DNA of 58,021 nt. Source: an uncultured Dehalococcoidales bacterium. Lineage in GTDB: Bacteria; Chloroflexota; Dehalococcoidia; GIF9; AB-539-J10. A program made the position numbers and the translations under genes. Below the pieces are notes generated by a model. That model was not told where the DNA came from and searched no databases. It saw only the letters and a list, made by a program, of their open reading frames with translations. Below, piece after piece: positions 31,564 to 40,915 of this stretch. Position 1 is the first letter of the stretch. The number at the start of each line of letters is the position of its first letter. Where the stretch lies: NCBI GenBank assembly GCA_964509565.1, contig CAZDXE010000004.1, positions 1 to 58,021 on the forward strand. The letters are read 5' to 3'.

Positions 31564-32322
31564 TCAGTCTGGGTCCTCAGCGTTATGCCATTCCGTTACG
31601 ATGCTTGACCAGACTTGGCCTATTGCTGCTTCCAGCACCACCTTACGAGGATTGGGTATGGTTAGCAGGGGTGGCAAAGTACGGTTGTCAAACTGGCGCA
31701 GGAATGAGCACTGTTTCCGAAGTGAAAGTATTGTTGTCCATGCGCCTCCATAGACGATGTAATCTATGGTATGGCTATGAGCTTCGAATTGTTCTCGCAT
31801 ATGGATACAAATGTGGGTTAAAAAAAGTTCTATTTGTTTTTCTCGGTGGCGACGGAAGCGTTGCTGTGAGGAGCCGCCTTTTTTGTGTCGTGCATGGACT
31901 AGTCCGGTTCCGACTTTACTGGTAATGAGACTTTCCCCTTGATAAAGGCTGATGGCATATGCCCCCAAACGTACTAGAACCAGTGCAATCCTCAAATTGT
32001 GTTTGAGCAGGCAACGTAATGGCTCGGCGTCATAGCCATAAGTGAAATATTTTTCCATGATAGGGAACGGGGGTGAAATTAGATATTTCCGTGACGAGCC
32101 TGAAAAGAAAACCGCTCCAGTTTTCGAGGAGGTAGTGCACTCAACCAGGCTGGAGGGGATGTGTTGAGAGGCGCACGCTTTTTCGAGGAGGTTTTTGACT
32201 TCGGGCAATGGTAGTTCAAACGGTATGTATAGCGACGAAGCCGTATCAATAGTTGCTTCTATTTCATCAAGAAATTTGAGCATCTTTATCCTGCTAAGCG
32301 AATACCTTTTTGATATTAGCAT
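31564..32322 (-). CDS. acVLRF1 family (Vms1/ANKZF1-like) release factor / peptidyl-tRNA hydrolase
   Basis: LVLVRLGAYAI...SKVG...HARHKKGGSSQQRFRRHRE, with GGSSQ at 31864-31878; later YIVYGG; AGGAG RBS. Confidence 0.85.
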   Translation of the reverse strand: MLISKRYSLSRIKMLKFLDEIEATIDTASSLYIPFELPLPEVKNLLEKACASQHIPSSLVECTTSSKTGAVFFSGSSRKYLISPPFPIMEKYFTYGYDAEPLRCLLKHNLRIALVLVRLGAYAISLYQGESLITSKVGTGLVHARHKKGGSSQQRFRRHREKQIELFLTHICIHMREQFEAHSHTIDYIVYGGAWTTILSLRKQCSFLRQFDNRTLPPLLTIPNPRKVVLEAAIGQVWSSIVTEWHNAEDPD

Positions 32323-32372
32323 TGGAATATGTACTCCTGCTCAAGAATTTACAGCAATGAGCCACTTTATAA

Positions 32373-34760
32373 TTATAGATTGATAATGGTTACCCCATCG
32401 CCGCCCTCATCCTGCTCCCCAGGATGGGAGGATTTGACTAGGGGGTGAGAAACGACAAGGTCCCTGACGATGTTGCGCACAGTACCAGTGCCAAACCCAT
32501 GGATGACACGGACCTTTGTTAAATTAGCTAGGGAGGCGTTATTGAGGTAACTGTCAAGTACCCACTCTATCTCAGCAGCTCTTTTCCCCCGGAGGTCAAG
32601 TTCAACAGGAACTGTTCGTCTGCGCATCTCTTTGGTTACCGAGGTGATTTTTGAGTTTGCCTCACTGGGTAAGGATGTTACCTTTTCTACTCTATCGAAA
32701 CCTAAACTAACTTTAGTCAGCCCTACTTGAATCTCGACCTGATGTGTCTTCTCAGATATTGATAGCACTGTTGCTTGAAGGTTCGTTTCTTTTAGCCGAA
32801 CTGTATCTCCTGGAACAATTTTATTCTCGTTCATTATTGCCACGTTTGTTTTTTTGGCTGCCTTTGCCTGCCAATCCTCGTTCTTCAGCCGCTCCTCTGC
32901 AGCAGCCAGAGCTTTCGCGGCCTGGTCAATTCCCTCTCTTGATTTCCTCTTACGTAATTCTGCCTTAGCGTGGTGGATTTCTTTCTGTAGCTGTGCAGCT
33001 TCATGCATAATATTGTCGCGGGTTTCTTGGATAACCTTTTGTCCCTCCGTTCTTAATTGTTGAAGCTCGTTTTCTAGTTCTTTGTTTCGTTGTTCCGCTT
33101 CAGATAGTTCCTTTTCCAGATTATGGGTGAGTGTCGCAACTAGTTGTTTCTCTCTCGCCAAGTCAGCAAGCAAAGTCTCCATGTTTTGTGTTCCTTTTGA
33201 GAGCATCTCCTTGGCGCTAGTGATAATTTCGGGGGGTAGACCCAGGTGGGAAGCGGTAGCCAGGGCATTACTGCCGCCAGGTATACCTATCGTTAGGTGG
33301 TAGGTTGGTGTCAGTGTAGTCAAGTCGAAGTCAAGCGAAGCGTTTTGCATATTTGAAGTCACATGTGCAAAAGGTTTCAGGTCATTGTAATGTGTGGTAG
33401 CGATGGTCATCGTCCCCTTTGATAAGAAATGGAGCAGAATAGAACGAGCTAGAGCAGAGCCTTCCACTGGATCAGTGCTAGTGCCCAACTCGTCGAGGAG
33501 CACGAGAGTTCTTTCTGTGGCACTTTTGATGATACGTACAATATTACCTATGTGCCAGCCGAATGTGGAAAGTGAATGCTCAATGTTTTGCTCATCACCG
33601 GTATCGGCGAATACCCCATCAAAAATAGGAATGCAACTTTCTCCTGAAGCGGGAATTGGTATGCCTGCTTGCGTCATCAAGGTCAGCAAGCCAATTGTCT
33701 TAAGTGCTACTGTTTTACCACCTGTGTTAGGCCCTGTAATAACAAGAATAGAGAAATCCTTCCCTACATCCACTGAAAGTGGCACTGCCTTTTCTGCTAG
33801 TAATGGATGCCTGGCTTCGACAAGTTTAAGTACACCAATCCGCTTGCCCGTGGCGTCTTTGGCCTTCTCGTCGAAGGTGGTGATTGTAGCTTCCGTAGCC
33901 CGCGCGCTTCTTGCATATTTTGCCTTAGATAGCGCCAGATCTAGCTTAGCAACCAGAGCTATGTTGTGTGAGATTTCGATCTCGTGTGCTCCTATTTCGT
34001 TACTGAGATTCCGGAGAATTCTCTCTATCTCGCGTTGTTCTTTTATGGTAAGTTCTCGCAGTTCGTTCCCTAGCTCTACGGTGGTCCATGGTTCAACAAA
34101 TACAGTGGCGCCAGTGTTGGATATATCATGAACGGTGCCCTTTATTCCCTTTCTACGTTCGACCTTGAGTGGAATAACGTATCTTCCCTCTCTCTGAGTA
34201 ACAATAGACTCCTGGATTATTTTCTGTCCCTTAGGTGACCTGATTATGGCTTCCAAACGCTTTAGCAGTTGTTCACGAGCTCTTCTGAATCCTTGTCTCA
34301 TCATGGTCAGTTCAGGCGAAGCCGAATCCAGTAGTTCACCGTTTGGTGTGATGCATTTGCCAATATCTTTCTCGGTCTGGTGCAATTCAACAATATCAGC
34401 GGCGATGGCCCAAAGCAGGGGGAGTTCATCGGACAGCTTTCTGAGACTGTTGCGTAGTTGGCAGATAGCAGCCAGGCTTTGTTGAATTTCTATGAGGGTT
34501 CGTGGTTCTAGGATTTTACCTCGCGCTGCCATCTTTACTGGCCCTCTAATATCACGAATTCCCCCAATAGAAAACTCTGGCCTCAGTGAGAGGAGATGAC
34601 GCGCCTCAGCCGACTGTTTTAATAGCAGAGATATCTGGTCGTAATCCAGAAGAGGTTGAAGATTGATGGCTAGTTCATGGCTGGCTGAAAACGAGGTAAA
34701 TCTGGCAAGTATCTCCCTGACGCGGGGAAATTCGACCATTTCCAGGCTTTTATCATCCAT
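32373..34760 (-). CDS. mutS2: MutS2 endonuclease / ribosome-collision factor (Smr domain)
   Basis: GATVFVEP, ARHPLL, TGPNTGGKT, LLDELGTSTDP, coiled coil, KOW and Smr (LDLRG...IHGFGTG). Confidence 0.95.
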   Translation of the reverse strand: MDDKSLEMVEFPRVREILARFTSFSASHELAINLQPLLDYDQISLLLKQSAEARHLLSLRPEFSIGGIRDIRGPVKMAARGKILEPRTLIEIQQSLAAICQLRNSLRKLSDELPLLWAIAADIVELHQTEKDIGKCITPNGELLDSASPELTMMRQGFRRAREQLLKRLEAIIRSPKGQKIIQESIVTQREGRYVIPLKVERRKGIKGTVHDISNTGATVFVEPWTTVELGNELRELTIKEQREIERILRNLSNEIGAHEIEISHNIALVAKLDLALSKAKYARSARATEATITTFDEKAKDATGKRIGVLKLVEARHPLLAEKAVPLSVDVGKDFSILVITGPNTGGKTVALKTIGLLTLMTQAGIPIPASGESCIPIFDGVFADTGDEQNIEHSLSTFGWHIGNIVRIIKSATERTLVLLDELGTSTDPVEGSALARSILLHFLSKGTMTIATTHYNDLKPFAHVTSNMQNASLDFDLTTLTPTYHLTIGIPGGSNALATASHLGLPPEIITSAKEMLSKGTQNMETLLADLAREKQLVATLTHNLEKELSEAEQRNKELENELQQLRTEGQKVIQETRDNIMHEAAQLQKEIHHAKAELRKRKSREGIDQAAKALAAAEERLKNEDWQAKAAKKTNVAIMNENKIVPGDTVRLKETNLQATVLSISEKTHQVEIQVGLTKVSLGFDRVEKVTSLPSEANSKITSVTKEMRRRTVPVELDLRGKRAAEIEWVLDSYLNNASLANLTKVRVIHGFGTGTVRNIVRDLVVSHPLVKSSHPGEQDEGGDGVTIINL

Positions 34761-35062
34761 TGTAAATGTGTTCTGCTTAACGTTGTAATTTATATTGTAT
34801 CATTGTATCACCTTGAGTTATCTACGCTGAGCCCACTCTTTGCCCTGAATGTACTGGAATAGTTTTCGTTTGTTAGGCTGCTATGTAATAGATGAGTATC
34901 ACGATAATTCCTACGGTGAGGAGTGGGGGCATATTATTTCCAGTAATATAAAATGTCTGTTGCGGGGTTTGCAATGTTAATTAAAATTCCCTAAGCTAGG
35001 TAGCATGACGTATTTTAATCCTTTGGGTATTATGCCTGGAGGATTTTGTAGAGGAGGCAATA

Positions 35063-36637
35063 GTGAAAGCAAGCACAGTAGCTCAGATGAGGGATTTAGA
35101 CAGGTCTGCCATGGAGAAATTTGGCATCACGGACGATCTTTTGATGGAGAATGCTGGACAGGCAGTGTATTTCGTTATATTAAAAGAATTTGGGGTGAAG
35201 AATAAGAAGTTTGTAGTTTTCTGTGGTGGTGGTAATAATGGTGGGGATGGGCTTGTTATTGCCAGGAAGATTCACTCCAGCGGCGGAGAGGTGAAGGTCT
35301 TCCTCTTAGGTGACGAAACTAAATTCAAAGGGGCAACAGGAAGGAACTTCGAAATAGTATCGAAGATGCCCATAGAAATATCTAAAATTGGCTCAATTGA
35401 CGCTATAAAATCTGTTGTTCTTCATTCTGATGCTGTCGTGGATGCTATATTTGGCACAGGCCTCGCCAGGGAAGTTGCTGGTATATATAGGGATGTAATT
35501 CAATTGATAAATGAGAGCAAAAAAATAGTATTCAGCGTTGATATACCTTCAGGCATAAATGGCGATACCGGGGAAGTGATGGGTGCAGGGGTGAAGGCGG
35601 CTTACACTATAACCTTCGGGCTTCCCAAAATAGGAAATATGCTTTACCCGGGATGTGAGTACTGCGGGAAGTTGTATGTCTCGCATATATCCTTCCCACC
35701 TTCGCTCTACAATGCGGGTTCTGTAAAAGTGGAAATCAACGTTCCAATAGAACTTCCCGCAAGAAATCGAGATTCCCATAAAGGAGATTTTGGGGAGGCT
35801 CTCTTTATTGCTGGCGCCTCAAGCTATCTGGGGGCACCATATTTCTCTGCTTTATCTTTCCTTAAAACTGGGGGAGGCTATTCTCGTTTAGCTGCACCGC
35901 TGTCCATTTCAGCATTTCTGGCAAATAAAGGAAGTGAAATTGTTCTTGCTCCTCAGAAAGAGATAGGCTCAGGTAGCATAGCGTTGGAAAATGAGGATGA
36001 ATTGCTTAAACTCTCAGAGAGGGTGGATATGGTGGTTATAGGGCCGGGTGTTTCCCTGGATGAGGAGACGCAAGAATTGGTAAGGCGGCTGGCACAGGAG
36101 ATAGCGAAACCTCTGCTTATAGACGGCGATGGAATTACCGCTGTCGCCCAGGATACAGGGGTAATCAAGAAGAGAAAGGCGGAAACAATTCTTACACCTC
36201 ATCTGGGCGAGATGTCGAAAATCGCAGGTATGGGGATAGGCGAGATAAACAAAAACAAAATAGAGGTTCTGCAGCGCACAGCAAAGGAACTCGATGCTAT
36301 TATTGTCTTGAAAGGTGCTCACTCTCTCATAGGCTACCCCGATGGGACTGTTTACATTAATCTGAGTGGAAACCCAGGTATGGCAACGGCTGGGAGTGGT
36401 GACGTTTTGACAGGAACAATCGCCGCTATGTTCGGTTTGGGGCTATCGCTCAGAGATGCCGTAAGGATGGGCGTCTTTATTCATGGATTCTCAGGGGACT
36501 TAGCGGCAAAGGGCAAGGGCGAGGATGGCATAACTGCCCAGGACATACTGGATTATCTCCCTATGGCGATGAAGAAGTACAGGGAGGACTTCGAAAGAAT
36601 TTCCGAGAATCTTTATGAAAGTGTTTTTATTGTCTAA
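35063..36637 (+). CDS. nnr: Bifunctional NAD(P)H-hydrate epimerase/dehydratase
   Basis: LMENAG, GGGNNGGDG, DAIFGTG, VDIPSG, HKGDFG, LTPHLGE and ATAGSGDVL. Confidence 0.95.
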   Translation: MKASTVAQMRDLDRSAMEKFGITDDLLMENAGQAVYFVILKEFGVKNKKFVVFCGGGNNGGDGLVIARKIHSSGGEVKVFLLGDETKFKGATGRNFEIVSKMPIEISKIGSIDAIKSVVLHSDAVVDAIFGTGLAREVAGIYRDVIQLINESKKIVFSVDIPSGINGDTGEVMGAGVKAAYTITFGLPKIGNMLYPGCEYCGKLYVSHISFPPSLYNAGSVKVEINVPIELPARNRDSHKGDFGEALFIAGASSYLGAPYFSALSFLKTGGGYSRLAAPLSISAFLANKGSEIVLAPQKEIGSGSIALENEDELLKLSERVDMVVIGPGVSLDEETQELVRRLAQEIAKPLLIDGDGITAVAQDTGVIKKRKAETILTPHLGEMSKIAGMGIGEINKNKIEVLQRTAKELDAIIVLKGAHSLIGYPDGTVYINLSGNPGMATAGSGDVLTGTIAAMFGLGLSLRDAVRMGVFIHGFSGDLAAKGKGEDGITAQDILDYLPMAMKKYREDFERISENLYESVFIV

Positions 36638-36865
36638 GAGGAGCAAATAACGTGTGGGCATATATAGTATACGCCGTTGTTCGGGTGTGACTATAGTTGC
36701 TGGATGGTATCTAAAAGAGAAGACGAATTCAATACCAAGAAATTTGTGGAGGAATATTGCTAGAATGTGAAGAAGGTCCTGTCCGGGGATCTTTCTAAAA
36801 AATTAAAGCGTGCTGCTGGTCAAAATGGAAAAGGTTAACGCCTCAATGAGGGGAAGGGATGAACA

Positions 36866-37807
36866 ATGAAAGCCATGGTGCTTAAGAAGGTTTCTTCGGT
36901 TGAAGAAAAACCCTTAGAGTTGGTAGATTTGCCTGAGCCTGTTCCCAAGTTTAAGCAAATTTTAGTTAAGGTTTCTGCCTGCGGAGTCTGCCACACTGAG
37001 CTGGATGAAATTGAAGGCAGACTTCCCCCCTCGAAGTTTCCCATGATTTTGGGGCATGAAATCGTTGGTAAGGTGCGAAGCTTGGGCCCAGGGGCAACTA
37101 AATTTAAACAGGGAGATAGAGTAGGGATCGATTGGATTAACTGGGCTTGTGGCGAGTGCTCCTTTTGTCTTAGATGCGAGGAAAACTTATGTGATAAAGC
37201 GAAATGGACGGGGAAGGATGTAGAGGGCGGCTACGCGCAATATACTGTGGTTTCGGAGGACTTTGCTTACCCCATCTTGGGAAGATTTACTGATTTACAA
37301 GCAGCTCCACTTTTATGTGCTGGGGTAATTGGCTATAGGGCTTTAAGACTATCAGGCATGCAAGATGGCAAGGTTTTCGTCTTTACCCGACCTAATCAGG
37401 TGGAGCATCAGAATCTAGCCTGGGAATTGGGGGCTAGTTGGGTTGGGGCAACGGAAGATACTCCTCCAGAAAAACTTAACTGCGCCATTGATTTTACTCC
37501 AGTGGGGGCGCCGGTGCGTGAAGCTTTAAGAAATATGGGGAAAGGGGGTAGAGTGGTTATAAACGCAATTCGTAAGATAACACCTATCCCAGAATTAGAT
37601 TATGCTGAGCATCTCTGGCATGAAAAGGAAGTGAAGAGTGCGGCCAATGTAACTAGAAGAGATGCCCAGGAATTTCTACCCCTGGCTGCTGAGATTCCCA
37701 TAGTGCCTGAAGTTCGAGAGTTTAAGTTGGAAGAGGCAAACGAGGCTTTAATTTTGCTCAAGGAAGGGAAAATTCGCGGTGCCGGGGTTTTAAAAATTCC
37801 TGGGTAG
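36866..37807 (+). pseudogene. Zn-dependent alcohol dehydrogenase with in-frame loss of the NAD-binding glycine motif
   Basis: CGVCHTE, GHE, structural CxxCxxC...C and APLLCAG are present. The sequence jumps from GMQDGK to VFVFTR with no GxGxxG-type motif; only 313 aa. Confidence 0.65.
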
Positions 37808-37820
37808 AAAGGAGGTTAAG

Positions 37821-38303
37821 TTGAAGCTTGGTATTCTAGCTGACAGCCATGAGAATATGCTTTTGATTGCCAAAGCTGTAGAACTATTCAACAATGAAAA
37901 GGTGGGATTGGTTCTCCACGCCGGCGATTTTACTTCTGCCATCACAGTCAAAGAATTCAAGAAACTTAAGGTGGAACTTATCGGGGTATTTGGCAATAAC
38001 GATGGAGATAAACTTCTTCTGCAAAGTAGATTTCGAGATATAGGCAAACTCTACGAAGATTACCACGAGTTTGAGATAGAGGGCAAAAAAATCGTATTGA
38101 TGCATCAGCCGAAGTTCCTGAAAATACTCATCGCGAGTGGTAAATACGATTTGATTATCTATGGTCATACTCACAAAATCGATATCCGTGAAGGATGTCC
38201 TCTTGTGATTAATCCTGGTGAATGCGGCGGTTGGGTCACTGGAAGAAGCACAGTGGTTATAGTCGACCTGGGAGCCATGGGAGTCAAAATTTACGATCTT
38301 TAA
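37821..38303 (+). CDS. YfcE/MJ0936-family metallophosphoesterase
   Basis: DSH, HAGD, GNND, GHTH and NPGE. Confidence 0.9.
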   Translation: MKLGILADSHENMLLIAKAVELFNNEKVGLVLHAGDFTSAITVKEFKKLKVELIGVFGNNDGDKLLLQSRFRDIGKLYEDYHEFEIEGKKIVLMHQPKFLKILIASGKYDLIIYGHTHKIDIREGCPLVINPGECGGWVTGRSTVVIVDLGAMGVKIYDL

Positions 38304-38492
38304 CGACTTCCTACTGTAGAGCTAATCTTGCATAGATCCCACAATTCCTCCAACGCAGCATCAATCTGTGTCCTTAGCTGCACTGAGTTAATGCTCCTGT
38401 ATTTTGCCTCACGTCACATTGACCCTCGTTTTTTGGTAACACTTTTTTTGAGGCAACGTTACCACTTTCGGTAACAATACTTATGACGCAAT
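38300..38492. mobile_element. ISNCY-like remnant: transposase C-terminal fragment plus paired terminal direct repeats
   Basis: Minus strand 38410-38300 reads EAKYRSINSVQLRTQIDAALEELWDL. Direct repeats GGTAACA-N7-TGA(G/C)GCAA at 38435-38457 and 38470-38492. Confidence 0.45.
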
Positions 38493-38500
38493 TCGCGCCC

Positions 38501-38529
38501 TTGACTATAGCTTACAAATGGGATAGGCT
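38501..38529 (+). promoter_or_regulatory. Candidate promoter for the aroH...serA operon
   Basis: TTGACT-17 nt-TAGGCT, followed by GGAGG RBS. Confidence 0.45.
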
Positions 38530-38558
38530 GTTAGCTTAAATTTGGAGGGTATTTAGAG

Positions 38559-38942
38559 TTGCGCTGCCGCGGTATCAGAGGTGCTATAACAGTTCCAGCA
38601 AACAGTAGAGAAAGTATCATAGCCGCAGCTAAAAAGCTGCTTGGGGAAATGGTGCAAGCTAACGAAGTTAGAATTGAGGAGATAGCGGCTATATTTTTTA
38701 CTACTACGGTGGACTTAAATGCTGAGTTTCCCGCAGCAGCAACGCGAGAATTGGGATGGCCAAGACACCTTGCCCTGCTTTGTGGACATGAGATGGATGT
38801 TCCTGATAGCTTACCTCGCTGTTTGAGGATTTTAATACTGGCAAATACGGAAAGAACAGCCGAGGAGATTGAGCATATCTACTTAGGGGAAGCCAAAAAA
38901 TTAAAAGAGAACAAACTGATGGCATCAGGAGGCAAGACATGA
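38559..38942 (+). CDS. aroH: Chorismate mutase, AroH class
   Basis: [15 protein letters not shown] and EMDVP.SLPRCLR. Confidence 0.93.
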   Translation: MRCRGIRGAITVPANSRESIIAAAKKLLGEMVQANEVRIEEIAAIFFTTTVDLNAEFPAAATRELGWPRHLALLCGHEMDVPDSLPRCLRILILANTERTAEEIEHIYLGEAKKLKENKLMASGGKT

Positions 38943-39979
38943 TTCTAGTTATGAAATCTGGCTGTAGCCAAAACGAAATTGATGCAGCCGTTAAGCGAAT
39001 CAAAGAATTGGGTCTGGAGGAGCATGTATCACAGGGGCTTGAGCGTACAATTATAGGTATACTGGGCCAAAACCTTCGCGATCTCCAGGATGTACTACAG
39101 TTATTACCTGGGGTAGAAGAGGTTATTCCTGTTGGCAAACCCTATAAACTTGCGAGTCGTGAATTTCACCCTGGAAATAGCGTAGTCAAAGTAAATGATA
39201 TCGCTATTGGCGGTGACGAAATAGTTGTTATAGCTGGGCCATGTGCTGTAGAAAGCGAGGAGCAACTTTTGTCTACAGCTCGTCAAGTTAAAGCGGCTGG
39301 CGCTAGTATATTACGTGGTGGTGCTTTTAAACCGAGCACCTCGCCATATAACTTTCGTGGCTTGGGCGAAAAAGGGCTTAAAATGTTAGCGAAGGCTCGG
39401 GAAGAAACAGGGATGCCTGTCATCACGGAAGTGATGACGCCGGGTGATGTTGAGTTAGTAGCTAGCTATGTTGACATTCTGCAAATTGGGGCGCGGAACA
39501 TGCAAAATTTTATCTTGCTGGATGAAGCGGGGAAAACGAGGAAGCCAGTTATGCTTAAGAGAGGTTTATCATCCACGATTCAAGAATGGCTATTGGCTGC
39601 TGAGTACATTCTGGCTCAAGGCAATGAACAGCTTATCCTTTGTGAACGCGGCATCAGAACTTTCGAAACTTCTACTCGCAATACTATGGATATTAGCGCC
39701 ATTCCCATCATTAAGAAAGTTAGTCATTTGCCTATAATTGCTGACCCCAGCCATGCCACAGGCAAGTGGTATTTGGTAGCTCCGATGGCACTGGCAGCAA
39801 TAGCTGCTGGGGCAGATGGGTTGATGATAGAGGTCCATCCCAATCCTGATATAGCGCTTAAAGATGGTGCTCAATCGCTTACCTTTGAAAATTTCAGGCG
39901 ATTGATGTCTCAAGTAGCGCCTATAGCGCGAGTTACAGGTAGAGAACTAACTGTTTCTAACATGAAGGTTGAACCTTAG
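38939..39979 (+). CDS. aroF: DAHP synthase (type I-beta, N-terminal regulatory domain)
   Basis: [32 protein letters not shown] and DPSH. Confidence 0.93.
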   Translation: MILVMKSGCSQNEIDAAVKRIKELGLEEHVSQGLERTIIGILGQNLRDLQDVLQLLPGVEEVIPVGKPYKLASREFHPGNSVVKVNDIAIGGDEIVVIAGPCAVESEEQLLSTARQVKAAGASILRGGAFKPSTSPYNFRGLGEKGLKMLAKAREETGMPVITEVMTPGDVELVASYVDILQIGARNMQNFILLDEAGKTRKPVMLKRGLSSTIQEWLLAAEYILAQGNEQLILCERGIRTFETSTRNTMDISAIPIIKKVSHLPIIADPSHATGKWYLVAPMALAAIAAGADGLMIEVHPNPDIALKDGAQSLTFENFRRLMSQVAPIARVTGRELTVSNMKVEP

Positions 39980-39985
39980 ACTCTA

Positions 39986-40915
39986 ATGGGGATTGAACAA
40001 GAACTGATTCACGTAGCTTCTCAAAGGGAAACATTTCTTACTGTTGGTATCTTTGATGGTGTTCATGCAGGACATCGCCACTTGATTAAAAGATTGAACC
40101 AGCGGGCACAGGAAAAGGGATTACTCAGTGGCGTAGTTACATTTAACCCCCACCCACAATTAGTACTACAGCCACACAGCCGATTGCCTTGGCTGAGTAG
40201 TCTGGAAGACCGAATCAAATATCTACGGGAACTGGGTGTCTGTTTAGTTGTTGTATTATCTTTTACTCCTGAGGTAGCTCAGCTTAATGCCCGAGAGTTT
40301 GTTGTCTTGCTTAAGAAATATCTCAAGATGAGCGGACTTATAATTGGTCCTGACTTCGCTTTGGGTAAGGGACGTGGGGGTGGCGCTAACTTGCTTGCCG
40401 CACTGGGACAAGAAATGGAATTCAGTACAGAAATTGCCCCCCCTTTTAGGGTTGGAGGTGAAGTAGTAAGCAGTTCTCTCATTCGCCAAGCATTAACTCA
40501 AGGGGACATGATAAAAGTAGAAAAATTGATGGGGCGCTACTTTACTCTTCGGGCCAGAGTTATATCCGCAGACAAACGTGGGCAAACTTTAGGATTTCCT
40601 ACTGCCAACTTGAACATAAGATCAGGGCAGGCATTGCCTAATAGAGGTGTTTATGGCACTATTACTTGCGTAAATAATAATCGATTTGCTTCGGCCACCA
40701 ATATTGGTGCCCGCCCCACCTTTGGAGGGGGTGGAGAAACTGTGGAAACGCATCTCCTTGATTACCAGGGTGACTTATATGGTAAAGAACTCAAGGTTAA
40801 GTTTGTTCGTAAATTGAGAGATGAGAAGCGCTTCGCTTCACCTGAAGAATTAAAGCTTCAGATTAAAAAGGATGTTGAAAAGGTGAGGATACTAATAGCC
40901 AGAGAGTTAAAATGA
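39986..40915 (+). CDS. ribF: Riboflavin kinase / FAD synthetase
   Basis: GIFDGVHAGH, VSSSLIR, LGFPTAN, NIGARPTF and LRDEKRF. Confidence 0.95.
   Translation: MGIEQELIHVASQRETFLTVGIFDGVHAGHRHLIKRLNQRAQEKGLLSGVVTFNPHPQLVLQPHSRLPWLSSLEDRIKYLRELGVCLVVVLSFTPEVAQLNAREFVVLLKKYLKMSGLIIGPDFALGKGRGGGANLLAALGQEMEFSTEIAPPFRVGGEVVSSSLIRQALTQGDMIKVEKLMGRYFTLRARVISADKRGQTLGFPTANLNIRSGQALPNRGVYGTITCVNNNRFASATNIGARPTFGGGGETVETHLLDYQGDLYGKELKVKFVRKLRDEKRFASPEELKLQIKKDVEKVRILIARELK

Noticed and set aside
31472-31925. ORFs 31472..31753 and 31605..31925, and the G9 tract at 31522-31530
   Set aside because: The ORFs are antisense shadows of the VLRF1 gene. The G tract is intergenic between convergent genes, so phase variation is unsupported.
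34830-34945. Interleaved inverted repeats CCCACTC/GAGTGGG and TACTGGAA/TTCCAGTA
   Set aside because: Short, widely spaced stems with no recognisable RNA family; compatible with chance.
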